Counted from the first letter of the stretch, positions 27,228 to 35,736 are shown. The stretch is 64,000 bases of DNA from a virus (IMGVR_UViG_3300011008_000025:1-64000); one strand, 5' to 3'. Notes: a model not told the origin generated them from the sequence alone. Translations and numbers: made by a program.

Positions 27228-27779
27228 TCAATTCCCCTTTACAAAATACTGATAGTGCTCTTCGTCGTGATAAGGATTTGGCATCTCGGAATATTTGCCG
27301 CTATCGTCATATTTCCAAATGGTTTCGTCGCCGATATTACAGCCATCCGGCACACAGTCCTGATTGTCGTTGCCGGTATAGATACAACTATCACCAAAGA
27401 GATAGCGGGCCAGCAGATCCTTATCGGCCAGAACCGCGTCGATAAACTCACTGAGTTCATAGCTGTGGTCGACATAGCAGTCGTAGCAGTCGTACTCGGC
27501 GTTATATGCCGGATAAACGAATTCGTATTCGACGCCGAGCTCTTCCAGCAGTTTTTCAAGACGCTCGATGCGCATGCTCCGCAGAGACCGCGGTCCGTCC
27601 AGGATGCCGGTGAAGAGATATCTGGCTGTGTCGTCTACGCAATTGTTTTCCCAGCCATATTCGTCTGTACGGAAGGTCACCTTGCTCGGCAGAAAACGCA
27701 CAGGCGCTTTGCTGATGACGATGCTGTGGGTGCTGGAGCTGTTCGTCTCGAACACTCCCTTACGAATCTTTTGAATCAT
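27228..27779 (-). CDS. FETNSSSTHS-motif protein, paralog 1
   Basis: N-terminal IRKGVFETNSSSTHSI; YVDH and TGNDN. Confidence 0.8.
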   Translation of the reverse strand: MIQKIRKGVFETNSSSTHSIVISKAPVRFLPSKVTFRTDEYGWENNCVDDTARYLFTGILDGPRSLRSMRIERLEKLLEELGVEYEFVYPAYNAEYDCYDCYVDHSYELSEFIDAVLADKDLLARYLFGDSCIYTGNDNQDCVPDGCNIGDETIWKYDDSGKYSEMPNPYHDEEHYQYFVKGN

Positions 27780-28105
27780 GTGCCTTCCTCCTCCACTACA
27801 ATCAGGTCGCCGTCCCACCATAACCATTTCGGCTTTGTCGTATCCTCTTCCAGCTCCAGAAAGCTATGGCGCTTCGTGGGCCAGACACGACGTGCGGTGA
27901 ATACGGTGTCGCGATTCCTGACAACAAAATCCTGGTATGCCGGAAGCTTCGAGCGATAGTCTTTACGGGCGGTGATTTGATCTACGTTCAGTTTTACCTT
28001 TGCGCCGTCCGGAATCTTCATTTCGTTTTGCAAAGCCTCTGCTACCGCAGAAGCCCCATCGAAACCAACCGCTTTGTCGAATTTGCGTCGCTGTGCCCGA
28101 TTCAT
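27776..28105 (-). CDS. hypothetical protein
   Basis: MNRAQRR N-terminus; overlapping start and stop codons. Confidence 0.7.
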   Translation of the reverse strand: MNRAQRRKFDKAVGFDGASAVAEALQNEMKIPDGAKVKLNVDQITARKDYRSKLPAYQDFVVRNRDTVFTARRVWPTKRHSFLELEEDTTKPKWLWWDGDLIVVEEEGT

Positions 28106-28455
28106 TCCTGCTTCCCCTCCTCATTCATTTCAGCCAGTTTGCTCCAGCCAGTCTGGTTAGGGCCGCGAATAATGCGCTGTACATCTTTACATACAAACGG
28201 CATTTTCGGAGGCTCTTTATATTCCCACCATTCAGAACCGTCATATTCATGCCGTTCCATCCACCAGTTGTCGCCAACGACAAGGAGATCGGTGGCGACT
28301 TCCTGCCATCCATATCCGCTGTCGTACATACGATCAGCCAGTCTCCAAAAAGTAGCCGGGCCAATGGCGAAATCACGGCAGCCGATCCAGACAATGTCCT
28401 CTTTTGTTTTGCCGTGTTCTGCCATGATCTCCAACGTTTCATCTTTCAGATTCAT
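28102..28455 (-). CDS. conserved phage protein (YDSGYG...EYDGSEWW)
   Basis: Recognisable widespread phage motif. Confidence 0.75.
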   Translation of the reverse strand: MNLKDETLEIMAEHGKTKEDIVWIGCRDFAIGPATFWRLADRMYDSGYGWQEVATDLLVVGDNWWMERHEYDGSEWWEYKEPPKMPFVCKDVQRIIRGPNQTGWSKLAEMNEEGKQE

Positions 28456-28745
28456 TCCGCGTCCTCCATCCAGCAGTGAGCCATGGACGCGAAACGCTTG
28501 ACCATGATAATGACGCGCTCTGTAGGCTCGGCCTCAAGCCAGCGCATACCGCAGGACTGGAACTCAAAGCATGGCTCATGAGCGTTCCATTTCAGCGTGG
28601 CGACTGTGTAGCAATAATCACCGTTCCACTTCACGATGTCGTACAGTTCCGGGTATTCATCGACGCGGCCGTCCACATATGTAACATCGCGGATCTGAAA
28701 TCCGTCTACGATTGGCGTATAACGCCTGAATTCTGTTTGAATCAT
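28452..28745 (-). CDS. hypothetical protein
   Basis: Packed in operon. Confidence 0.6.
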   Translation of the reverse strand: MIQTEFRRYTPIVDGFQIRDVTYVDGRVDEYPELYDIVKWNGDYCYTVATLKWNAHEPCFEFQSCGMRWLEAEPTERVIIMVKRFASMAHCWMEDAE

Positions 28746-28945
28746 TCTCGCCCTTCTTTATCCCATTTATTAATCAGGTCGATCATCAACGCGGCTCCGT
28801 TCAAAGCCCACATGACTGCCAGGCAGCAAATACCGGCGCACACGAGCCACGACACATGATATTGTGTGGTCAGAATCACGTTTTCCATAATCAGACATAG
28901 AACACATAAGACCTCAGAGAGAATAGAAAGCCATCTTCTCTTCAT
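28742..28945 (-). CDS. small membrane protein
   Basis: Two hydrophobic helices. Confidence 0.55.
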   Translation of the reverse strand: MKRRWLSILSEVLCVLCLIMENVILTTQYHVSWLVCAGICCLAVMWALNGAALMIDLINKWDKEGRE

Positions 28946-28950
28946 TAAAA

Positions 28951-29700
28951 TCACCCCTTTTTCTTTTGATCGCAGGAGCTCCGGCAGGAGCACAATTCCT
29001 TACAGAAGAACTCATCGTAATGACTGGCGTAATCCCATGTTTCGTTAATGGCTTTTACCGTATCACGCGCCCACTGTTCAGCGGCGTGGAAGTCCTTAAT
29101 GTTGAACGGAATGACCGATTTCTTGTTGCCTTCACGGAAATGGAAGAACTCAAGCCTGTCCGGGTAGCGGCCAAATTTCTCTTTGATGTAGGCCGAATAT
29201 AAGTACGGCTGTTTGCCATGTTCGGCGATATCCTTTTTCGTCCACCGCTTCCCGCTCTTCCAGTCACGGCACACCAGCTTGCCGTTTTTGTCCCGGTAGA
29301 TCAGGTCGATGAAACCCTGCAGGGCGAAATCGCCCATGTCGATTTCAAAATGATCCTCGACCCCGAGGATTTCGAGATCATCGAAACCCTCGAAGTTATG
29401 GAAGAAATCAATGCCCTGTTGCAAATAGCTGTCGTGCAGATTGACATATTTGTTCGGAGGAAATTCCTCCGGGATGCTGGCCTCGTAGCTCCATTCAAAA
29501 AGCTCGGCCAGATCTTCCCGTTTCAAATCACCGCATGCACACTGCTGGAGCAGCTCGTGGATCAAAGTTCCGTACGAGGAAAAGGCGTTGTTTTCTCGCG
29601 GCGCCTTTTCCTTATAGATCTTGAACCAACTGTACGGGCATTGCTCAAAGGTGTTGAGCTGAGAATAAGAGTAGACGGTCTGGCCTTTGGCGTTTACCAA
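28951..29700 (-). CDS. PD-(D/E)XK exonuclease (RecB/Cas4-like, four-Cys cluster)
   Basis: SYSQL...CP, GTLIH, GFIDL, DWKSG, QPYLY and C-terminal cysteines. Confidence 0.88.
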   Translation of the reverse strand: MVNAKGQTVYSYSQLNTFEQCPYSWFKIYKEKAPRENNAFSSYGTLIHELLQQCACGDLKREDLAELFEWSYEASIPEEFPPNKYVNLHDSYLQQGIDFFHNFEGFDDLEILGVEDHFEIDMGDFALQGFIDLIYRDKNGKLVCRDWKSGKRWTKKDIAEHGKQPYLYSAYIKEKFGRYPDRLEFFHFREGNKKSVIPFNIKDFHAAEQWARDTVKAINETWDYASHYDEFFCKELCSCRSSCDQKKKG

Positions 29701-30083
29701 GGCTCTTCCTCATCGTCGTTAGCGGCGGAAACATCAACACCCTTGGTGGGCGTGGCGGCCTTCGGCTTAGCATTCTGGCCGTCAGCGCCGGAAGGACCAA
29801 ATTCCATCACGAGCAGACGGAGATTGTTTTTCCAATTGCCGTCTTTATCCTTATAAGATTCGTTGGACACCTTGGCCTGCGTGATGGCGTATGTATTACC
29901 CTCTTTGATCTTACCGGTCTTCACCTGCTGGAGGGCATGGCCGATGGCTCTTGCGGGCCAGGAGCTGTTGGCATAAGTGCCATCCTGTTTCTTTTCGGAC
30001 GTGCTGATGTTCATATCAGCGTACTTGCCGTCCACACCGAAAATCTTCCAGACCTTTGCGTACTTGTTCGTTACCCAAAACAT
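29694..30083 (-). CDS. ssb: single-stranded DNA-binding protein
   Basis: OB-fold-like body, acidic tail ending DDEEEPW, and position next to the annealase. Confidence 0.75.
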   Translation of the reverse strand: MFWVTNKYAKVWKIFGVDGKYADMNISTSEKKQDGTYANSSWPARAIGHALQQVKTGKIKEGNTYAITQAKVSNESYKDKDGNWKNNLRLLVMEFGPSGADGQNAKPKAATPTKGVDVSAANDDEEEPW

Positions 30084-30084
30084 C

Positions 30085-30765
30085 TTACTTTCCCTCTTTC
30101 TTCTTCATCATGTTGGCGAATTCATCTTCGATCTGCTTGGCGACTTCGACACTGGGGATCGTGTTGGGCTGCTTGTTGCCGTTAATGCGCTCCACAACAG
30201 CGTACATCTCTTCCTTGGAATAACCGGCCTTGATCAGTTTCGTGCCGGCGGCTACAACACGCTTGATGGCGGCGGCGAGCTCCTCTGCTGCTCTTTCCTG
30301 TTCCTCGGTGACAGCCTCGGGCAGGTCGTCTTTGTTATAGATGTACATACCAAGGCCGAACGCGGCGATGTTCTTTACAAGGCAGCGCATCAGCGCCTTG
30401 TTGATGTCGTAGAAGGTCGCGGCCTCTACCCGGATTCCCTTTGTAGTCTTCGTATCATATGTATACGGGTCGGCCTTCATGGCCTTGTTGTTGGTATCCA
30501 GTACCGGCAGCCACATTTCCTTTGTGATACCGCCGATGGTCACGGTGGTAAAAACCATATAACCAAGCACCGGATCATACTGGTACGGCAGTTCATCCGG
30601 GCCGAAACGCCGGATGCTGTAACTCATATCCGGATAGAGCTTCATCACTTCGGACAGTGCGTGGCTCCAAGGAAGATACGTCAGGCCCTTTCGGGCGTCG
30701 GTATACTGACTTACATCGACCGCAAACAGCGTGTCGAATATCTCTTTTGCTTTATTATTTTCCAA
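30085..30765 (-). CDS. single-strand annealing protein, DUF1071/Sak3-like
   Basis: LTYLPWS, MWLPVLD, DINKALMRCLVKNIA and GLGMYIY...DLP. Confidence 0.88.
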   Translation of the reverse strand: MENNKAKEIFDTLFAVDVSQYTDARKGLTYLPWSHALSEVMKLYPDMSYSIRRFGPDELPYQYDPVLGYMVFTTVTIGGITKEMWLPVLDTNNKAMKADPYTYDTKTTKGIRVEAATFYDINKALMRCLVKNIAAFGLGMYIYNKDDLPEAVTEEQERAAEELAAAIKRVVAAGTKLIKAGYSKEEMYAVVERINGNKQPNTIPSVEVAKQIEDEFANMMKKKEGK

Positions 30766-30840
30766 TGTGTGAATCCCCTAATTCTGATTTTTAATCAGGC
30801 GTAAACCTGTAAATGGACACATGAGCAGTATGCGATTTCC

Positions 30841-31419
30841 TCATCGCTTTTCCTCCATGGTATAAGTCGCCATCATGTCGGCCATATGTAACGCCAGAGC
30901 CAGCGGGCACTTTTCAAAGATACGGCCGATCATCTGGCTGCCGCCCTTAAAGGTGGCGTCGCTGAATCCCATATGGGCACGAATGGCATAAATTTCATCG
31001 GTGGTCAGGTGCATGAAATTCTGGATCAACACCAGAGATTTGTCGGAATGATCTCCGAGAGGCCACATCTCATCGATCTCGTAGACCTCTTTCGTCTCCC
31101 ACTTCCCTGTTTCCGGGTTCTTCACATTACGTGTGCCAGGCTTGTAAAAGTTAGTCTTGCACAGGTCATGCAGGAGGGAGACGATCAAAATCGTTTCATC
31201 GGGATAGCTGCGCTCCGGGCAAACCGTCTCCAGCATTTTCAGCAGACAGTCGTATACGTTCAGCGAATGTTCCAGCAGACCGCCTTCGTAATTGCCGTGA
31301 AAGCGGGTGGACGCCGGAGCCGTAAAGAAATCGCTGCGCTGCAGGTAATTGTACAGTTCGTCTGCACCAGAGCGGTGAATGTCGTGATACAGATGATCAA
31401 AGCGTTCCTTATTCGTCAA
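30841..31419 (-). CDS. HD-domain phosphohydrolase
   Basis: FFTAPAS...HG...GGLLEHS, LLHDLCK, HMG and LHMAD. Confidence 0.88.
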   Translation of the reverse strand: MTNKERFDHLYHDIHRSGADELYNYLQRSDFFTAPASTRFHGNYEGGLLEHSLNVYDCLLKMLETVCPERSYPDETILIVSLLHDLCKTNFYKPGTRNVKNPETGKWETKEVYEIDEMWPLGDHSDKSLVLIQNFMHLTTDEIYAIRAHMGFSDATFKGGSQMIGRIFEKCPLALALHMADMMATYTMEEKR

Positions 31420-31720
31420 ATTCGTTTTCCTCCAATGTCATATCCCGTGCGGAACGGACGGAATATTTCAGCTCCTCCATAAATTGATCGAATTCCTGAT
31501 ACTCCAGATCGACATACGGAGCCATAGCCGTGTCTGGCATATCCAGAATATCCTGTTTCCAATCGTGGTATTTCGTGAAGAGAAAGACATGCGTCGCGTT
31601 GTCTTTCAGGTAGCGGCCGCCGATCACATCGCCGCATACACTGCAGCGCAGGACGTTTCCGTCCCAAATCAGATGCCGGCGGCACAGCTTCCAGAACAGG
31701 AAGTGCAAAAATCCTTTCAT
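31409..31720 (-). CDS. hypothetical protein
   Basis: GGAGG RBS; packed in operon. Confidence 0.6.
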   Translation of the reverse strand: MKGFLHFLFWKLCRRHLIWDGNVLRCSVCGDVIGGRYLKDNATHVFLFTKYHDWKQDILDMPDTAMAPYVDLEYQEFDQFMEELKYSVRSARDMTLEENEFDE

Positions 31721-31923
31721 ACTTCCTCCACAAATAAGTAATAGGCAAGTTTATTCTCGATCAGCCACGCAGCCACAGCCAGAAGGATCTTGGCGATCGG
31801 CGTCATGGAGTGATACGGCGTCAGGTTGGTCACGAGACCATATACAACTGCCCAAATTCCTATGGCACAAAGAGTGCGGTAAATGCGAAGCACAATGGCC
31901 GTTACATCAATTTCAAAATCGAA

Positions 31924-32109
31924 TTACTCCACCTCCAGATCGATCGTATCCTCCTGTCTGAGCCAGCCGATGCTGACCTTGCCGCATTTCGGACAGCGTA
32001 GAATGCTGACCGTAACATTGGCATGTCGTTCCACTTCTTCGAATTCACACGGATCGATTTCGTATGCACCGAGGCGGACGGACGCGGCGTTTTCGTGCTG
32101 GCAGCTCAT
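31924..32109 (-). CDS. small zinc-ribbon protein
   Basis: C.H...CPKCG; RBS. Confidence 0.6.
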   Translation of the reverse strand: MSCQHENAASVRLGAYEIDPCEFEEVERHANVTVSILRCPKCGKVSIGWLRQEDTIDLEVE

Positions 32110-32354
32110 GTAGGTTCCTCCTCCTGCGGAAGCGGCGGCACACAGTAATAGAACTCTGTGTGGCTTCCCACATCGAACATAGTCGCCGGCTCGCCGTTCC
32201 GATTAACCACCCAATTTCGTATGTAGTACACCACAAAATTCGGATTTCGTCTTGCGATGTCGTCGCGGATGGCCGGCCACACGCTCTTGTCGTCGGGGGC
32301 CCTGGCTACCGGCTGGATCTCGCCGTTGCTGCGTTCAAAATACAACTGGTACAT
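32106..32354 (-). CDS. conserved phage protein (FDVGSHTEF motif)
   Basis: RBS; YYIR...FDVGSHTEF. Confidence 0.7.
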   Translation of the reverse strand: MYQLYFERSNGEIQPVARAPDDKSVWPAIRDDIARRNPNFVVYYIRNWVVNRNGEPATMFDVGSHTEFYYCVPPLPQEEEPT

Positions 32355-32383
32355 TGGACTTTCCTCCTGTCTAAAAAGATTGA

Positions 32384-32457
32384 TGGTACTGCGGAAAAGA
32401 GTTGAACTTTTATCAGACGATTATAAGTCGCCCGCTCTGCCGTTGAGCTACCGCAGT
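32384..32457 (-). tRNA. tRNA-Ile (anticodon UAU)
   Basis: Cloverleaf with ACTGCGG/CCGCAGT, anticodon loop CTTATAA and encoded CCA. Confidence 0.85.
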
Positions 32458-32460
32458 GTG

Positions 32461-32536
32461 TGGAGCTGCCGATGAGACTTGAACTCATAACCTACGCCTT
32501 ACAGGGGCGTCGCTCTTCCAATTGAGCTACGACAGC
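32461..32536 (-). tRNA. tRNA-Thr (anticodon UGU), C at position 33
   Basis: GCTGTCG/CGGCAGC, anticodon loop CCTGTAA and CCA. Confidence 0.8.
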
Positions 32537-32748
32537 GTATGTCCGCTTAGACCGTCAAAACTAAGCGGCGCTTGCAGGTGAAGCCGTTTCTGTTACCCGA
32601 TTTTGACAAAGGAGGATGAGAAAAGAAAACAAAATCGGCGGTACTGTGTCCGGGTCTGCCTGCGGTTCGCGGCACATTAAGGATTCGCAAAGAATAGTTG
32701 TTCCGCCGTCTGCAATAAGACGGTGTGCCCTCCGGTTTTTGTGAAAGA

Positions 32749-32825
32749 TGGTACTGGCGGCGGGGATCGAACCCGCAGAAACCGGATTTTAAGTCCGGTG
32801 CGTCTGCCAATTGCGCCACGCCAGC
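32749..32825 (-). tRNA. tRNA-Leu (anticodon UAA) with short variable loop
   Basis: GCTGGCG/CGCCAGT, Leu-type D-arm, anticodon loop CTTAAAA and CCA. Confidence 0.85.
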
Positions 32826-32877
32826 ATAATTGTGAATACCCTAATTCTGATTTTATGATCCGAAAAGAAAAGGACGG

Positions 32878-33810
32878 TTAACCGCCCCTTTCTTTTACGG
32901 CTTCCAAATAACATTGGTAGGCGTGCAAAAGGTCGTTTTTGTGTGTCGTGCTTTTGACTCCGAAGAAACGAACAATATGACTGGCGTCCGCCTGGATGCC
33001 ATATTTTTCGGTAAAAGCCCGGATCTCGGCGAAGGCGCCGAAATAATTCAGGTCGCGGATGGATACCACAACCTCCTGGCCGATGGCGGCGCCGGCCTCC
33101 GTAATGGTGTTGGATAAAAACCGGGTTCCGATCGGCTTGTTTTTGGCGGAGCCACGCTTCACAAATCTGCGGTAAAAAGTGTCGCCGTCTGCCTTCTCCA
33201 GCGGGGCGGCGTTGCCGATCACGACCTCTGTCTCGGCGTATTCATGCAGCTTGCGGGACACAAAACCGTCGTCGATCATGTGGTTCCCGATCATAACGCT
33301 GCCGTCGCCTGAGAAGTATACCTCATTTTCTTTCAGAGTGCGGATGTCCTCGGCGCTCTGCCCCAGCCACGCCAGACAGTAGATGACCGGAAGCTGTGCG
33401 CTTTCGCGGTAGTTGCGGAGTTTGTTGCACACGAGCTCCAGATCGTTCTCTGTCAGCACAAGCTGTTTGGAAAAGGCGGGCGTCAGGGAAAAGTTGTACG
33501 TCTCCCCGTTTGCGATGGTCGGGTGGTCTTTTTCGTTGACGAACACGCCGTCTGTAATGCAGCGCCAGCGGACATACAGCTTGCCGTAATGAAAAATATT
33601 GCGGTAGGTCCTATAGGCAATAGTGGTTCCTTTTTCCTCGACGCTTTGATAGATCTCTTTTGTGCGTCCTGCGGCGACCAGTTCAAAATAGTCGGTGTTC
33701 AGCGGCTCCTCGATCATTTCCGCAATGCGCCCCATGGAATAGGTGGCCTGCACGACGTCCGCTTTACTTAAAGATTCGATGAATTTTTGTTTGATCTCCG
33801 GGTTGAACAT
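32878..33810 (-). CDS. MrpR/YopR-like repressor (degenerate tyrosine-recombinase fold)
   Basis: MFNPEIKQKFIESLS N-terminus matches my recall of SPbeta YopR. The recombinase-like core (LAWLG...IRTLK) lacks the R and HxxR catalytic residues. The repeated element flanks the gene. Confidence 0.7.
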   Translation of the reverse strand: MFNPEIKQKFIESLSKADVVQATYSMGRIAEMIEEPLNTDYFELVAAGRTKEIYQSVEEKGTTIAYRTYRNIFHYGKLYVRWRCITDGVFVNEKDHPTIANGETYNFSLTPAFSKQLVLTENDLELVCNKLRNYRESAQLPVIYCLAWLGQSAEDIRTLKENEVYFSGDGSVMIGNHMIDDGFVSRKLHEYAETEVVIGNAAPLEKADGDTFYRRFVKRGSAKNKPIGTRFLSNTITEAGAAIGQEVVVSIRDLNYFGAFAEIRAFTEKYGIQADASHIVRFFGVKSTTHKNDLLHAYQCYLEAVKERGG

Positions 33811-33835
33811 GAACATTCCTCCTCGCATTACAGGT

Positions 33836-33880
33836 ATTATACCATATGTAAGCGAGTTTGTCAATACCCTATTTCTGATT
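33836..33880 (-). promoter_or_regulatory. sigma-A promoter fused to the repeated element, upstream of the MrpR-like gene
   Basis: AATCAGAAATAGGGTA-TTGACA, 17-bp spacer, TATAAT. Confidence 0.85.
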
Positions 33881-34239
33881 TATTCTGTTGGAAATGGAGA
33901 TTGTACGCGCCGGGCTCGTCCCACACGGATCAGGTCGTTCCATGTAAGATGACCGAGCTTGCGGCTGAGCTGCGACTGATTGATGGTCTGCGTCTGTTCG
34001 GTCAGCGCGATGCTGTCCTGACGCAATCCGTTTTCCTGTTCGGCACTGATCACAACGTGCGTCGGCAGATAGCTGGCCTTGCCGACACGGCTGGACATCG
34101 GAATGACTTCGATCGTGGGACTGTGCTGATTGCCCGTGTTGTTCTGCGCGATGATCACGGGGCGGATTCCTCCCTGCACACTGCCATTCACGGTTAGGCT
34201 GGCGACGTAAACGTCACCGAAATCCGGTATTCTGTTCAT
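33880..34239 (-). CDS. mazF: PemK/MazF family endoribonuclease (orphan)
   Basis: GDVY, GSVQGGIRPVIIAQNNTGN...SPT, LPTHV and DSIALTEQ. Confidence 0.9.
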   Translation of the reverse strand: MNRIPDFGDVYVASLTVNGSVQGGIRPVIIAQNNTGNQHSPTIEVIPMSSRVGKASYLPTHVVISAEQENGLRQDSIALTEQTQTINQSQLSRKLGHLTWNDLIRVGRARRVQSPFPTE

Positions 34240-34262
34240 ACAACGACCTCCCTTCGTGTGTA

Positions 34263-34307
34263 ACTATAGCACATTTGCGCCGATTTGTCAATACCCTAAT
34301 TCTTATT
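34263..34307 (-). promoter_or_regulatory. sigma-A promoter fused to the repeated element, upstream of mazF
   Basis: AATAAGAATTAGGGTA-TTGACA, 17-bp spacer, TATAGT. Confidence 0.8.
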
Positions 34308-34521
34308 TTTTCGAAAATTTTGTGAAATCCAGTTCGAGCTTAGGGGCTGACACGTCGTGGGACTCGACCAAGATCATCTGATTGTTGGCCGGGTCATAGT
34401 AGACAGCCGCGTATTTCCCTCCCTCGCGGTGGTCGAAATACAGTACGGCGTTCTCGCCATAAGTCTGCAGTGTCTCGCCGCAAAGCCGGCGCACACGTCT
34501 GGTGGTTCTGAACCGTTTCAT
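34303..34521 (-). CDS. hypothetical protein
   Basis: Packed in operon; RBS. Confidence 0.55.
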   Translation of the reverse strand: MKRFRTTRRVRRLCGETLQTYGENAVLYFDHREGGKYAAVYYDPANNQMILVESHDVSAPKLELDFTKFSKK

Positions 34522-34772
34522 GGGCTGGACACCATCCTTTTCAGTTTTTCAATTTCCTCTTGCGCAAATGCGTGGTCTATGTAGTGCGGCCTGTCGTCTT
34601 CGTCCAGGTAGCACAGCGCTGCTTTGTAGTTATAGTTGGTCATGATGACCATGGCCCGTTTGGCGTAATCGGGAATGCCTGGTGCCGGCAGTGTGACCGG
34701 CACCTCACAGCACACATAATCATCGTCACGTCTGGTCTCGGCTTGGTTCCAGTTAAGATTCATGTTCCTCAT
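34518..34772 (-). CDS. hypothetical protein
   Basis: Packed in operon. Confidence 0.55.
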   Translation of the reverse strand: MRNMNLNWNQAETRRDDDYVCCEVPVTLPAPGIPDYAKRAMVIMTNYNYKAALCYLDEDDRPHYIDHAFAQEEIEKLKRMVSSP

Positions 34773-34774
34773 CC

Positions 34775-35011
34775 TTATTCTGCTGCATTCTCTAAATTTC
34801 CGATGGCTTCCTCTAAATTGCTGCTCGCTTCTTCCAGTGCGTCAAGGGCGTTTTCTGCGATCTCACCCCTTTCCGATCCCTGTAAATTCTCAGGCATGTT
34901 GTCGAAGTAGTCCTGTTCGTCGTCCCGGATCGACTCGATTTCTTCTGAGAGCTGTTCGAGCTTTTCGGCGATGGCACGGATGGCTGCGCGACGTTTGTTG
35001 TTCATGGGCAT
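34775..35011 (-). CDS. conserved coiled-coil phage protein (DNMPENLQGS motif)
   Basis: MNNKRR...DEQDYFDNMPENLQ.S.RG pattern. Confidence 0.75.
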   Translation of the reverse strand: MPMNNKRRAAIRAIAEKLEQLSEEIESIRDDEQDYFDNMPENLQGSERGEIAENALDALEEASSNLEEAIGNLENAAE

Positions 35012-35016
35012 TCCTC

Positions 35017-35736
35017 CTATTTTATATTGTCGTAGTCATGCTGCTTCCTTGTCAATGCGAGACGTGCGTCTTCGCGCGTACGCTTGCCATGCAAAACATC
35101 GTAAACAAGTGTAACAATATCACTTGGAAAACCGCCTGTTCTATATGGCCCCGGCATGAATGGAGTATAGCTATTACCAAAATCTTGATAGACATTGCTT
35201 GGGAGATATCCATGTTTGATCACTTCATATCGAGCAAGTCCAAGGCAATACATGGCCGGCGATAGATACCACGTTCGTATCTCTAAACTTCCTCCATAAG
35301 AACACCATGGTTCTTTATAGGTATATACGACAGAATCTCTATAGTTCCATTCCACATCAGAATGATAGTAATCTCCAGGCTGAAATGTCATATGCTTATG
35401 TGTTTTAAGCATAGAAGCCCCATATTCAACCGTCCATTCGTCATATGCACTTCCTGGAGGGTGTTCACCTTCGTATTTTTTAAGCATTACGTCATAAAGC
35501 CGCATCGCCTCATCAAATTCCAATAGGAAGTTATAACGCGTTGGGTTTTGTCCATTCAAAAGCTCTCGTAGTGTGTTGCTGCGCTCATTGCCAATGCTTT
35601 GAATTTGATCTGCTGTATCGTATAGTTTCTTTTGCCACTTACGGTATTTCATAACACTGCTTGTATTGGCGCCGATAGCGGCAACAACAAAAACAATGAG
35701 CGCGAATAAAAAAATCACGACTTCCAAAGTTATCAC
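35017..35736 (-). CDS. membrane-anchored hypothetical protein (AT-richer, moron-like)
   Basis: N-terminal TM helix; visibly lower GC than neighbours. Confidence 0.65.
   Translation of the reverse strand: MITLEVVIFLFALIVFVVAAIGANTSSVMKYRKWQKKLYDTADQIQSIGNERSNTLRELLNGQNPTRYNFLLEFDEAMRLYDVMLKKYEGEHPPGSAYDEWTVEYGASMLKTHKHMTFQPGDYYHSDVEWNYRDSVVYTYKEPWCSYGGSLEIRTWYLSPAMYCLGLARYEVIKHGYLPSNVYQDFGNSYTPFMPGPYRTGGFPSDIVTLVYDVLHGKRTREDARLALTRKQHDYDNIK

Noticed and set aside
28951-29700. CRISPR-associated Cas4
   Set aside because: It sits with SSB and a Sak annealase, which fits a standard phage recombination exonuclease, and no array is present.
31924-31926. Genome-wide stop codon reassignment
   Set aside because: Long genes are uninterrupted under the standard code and no suppressor tRNA is present.
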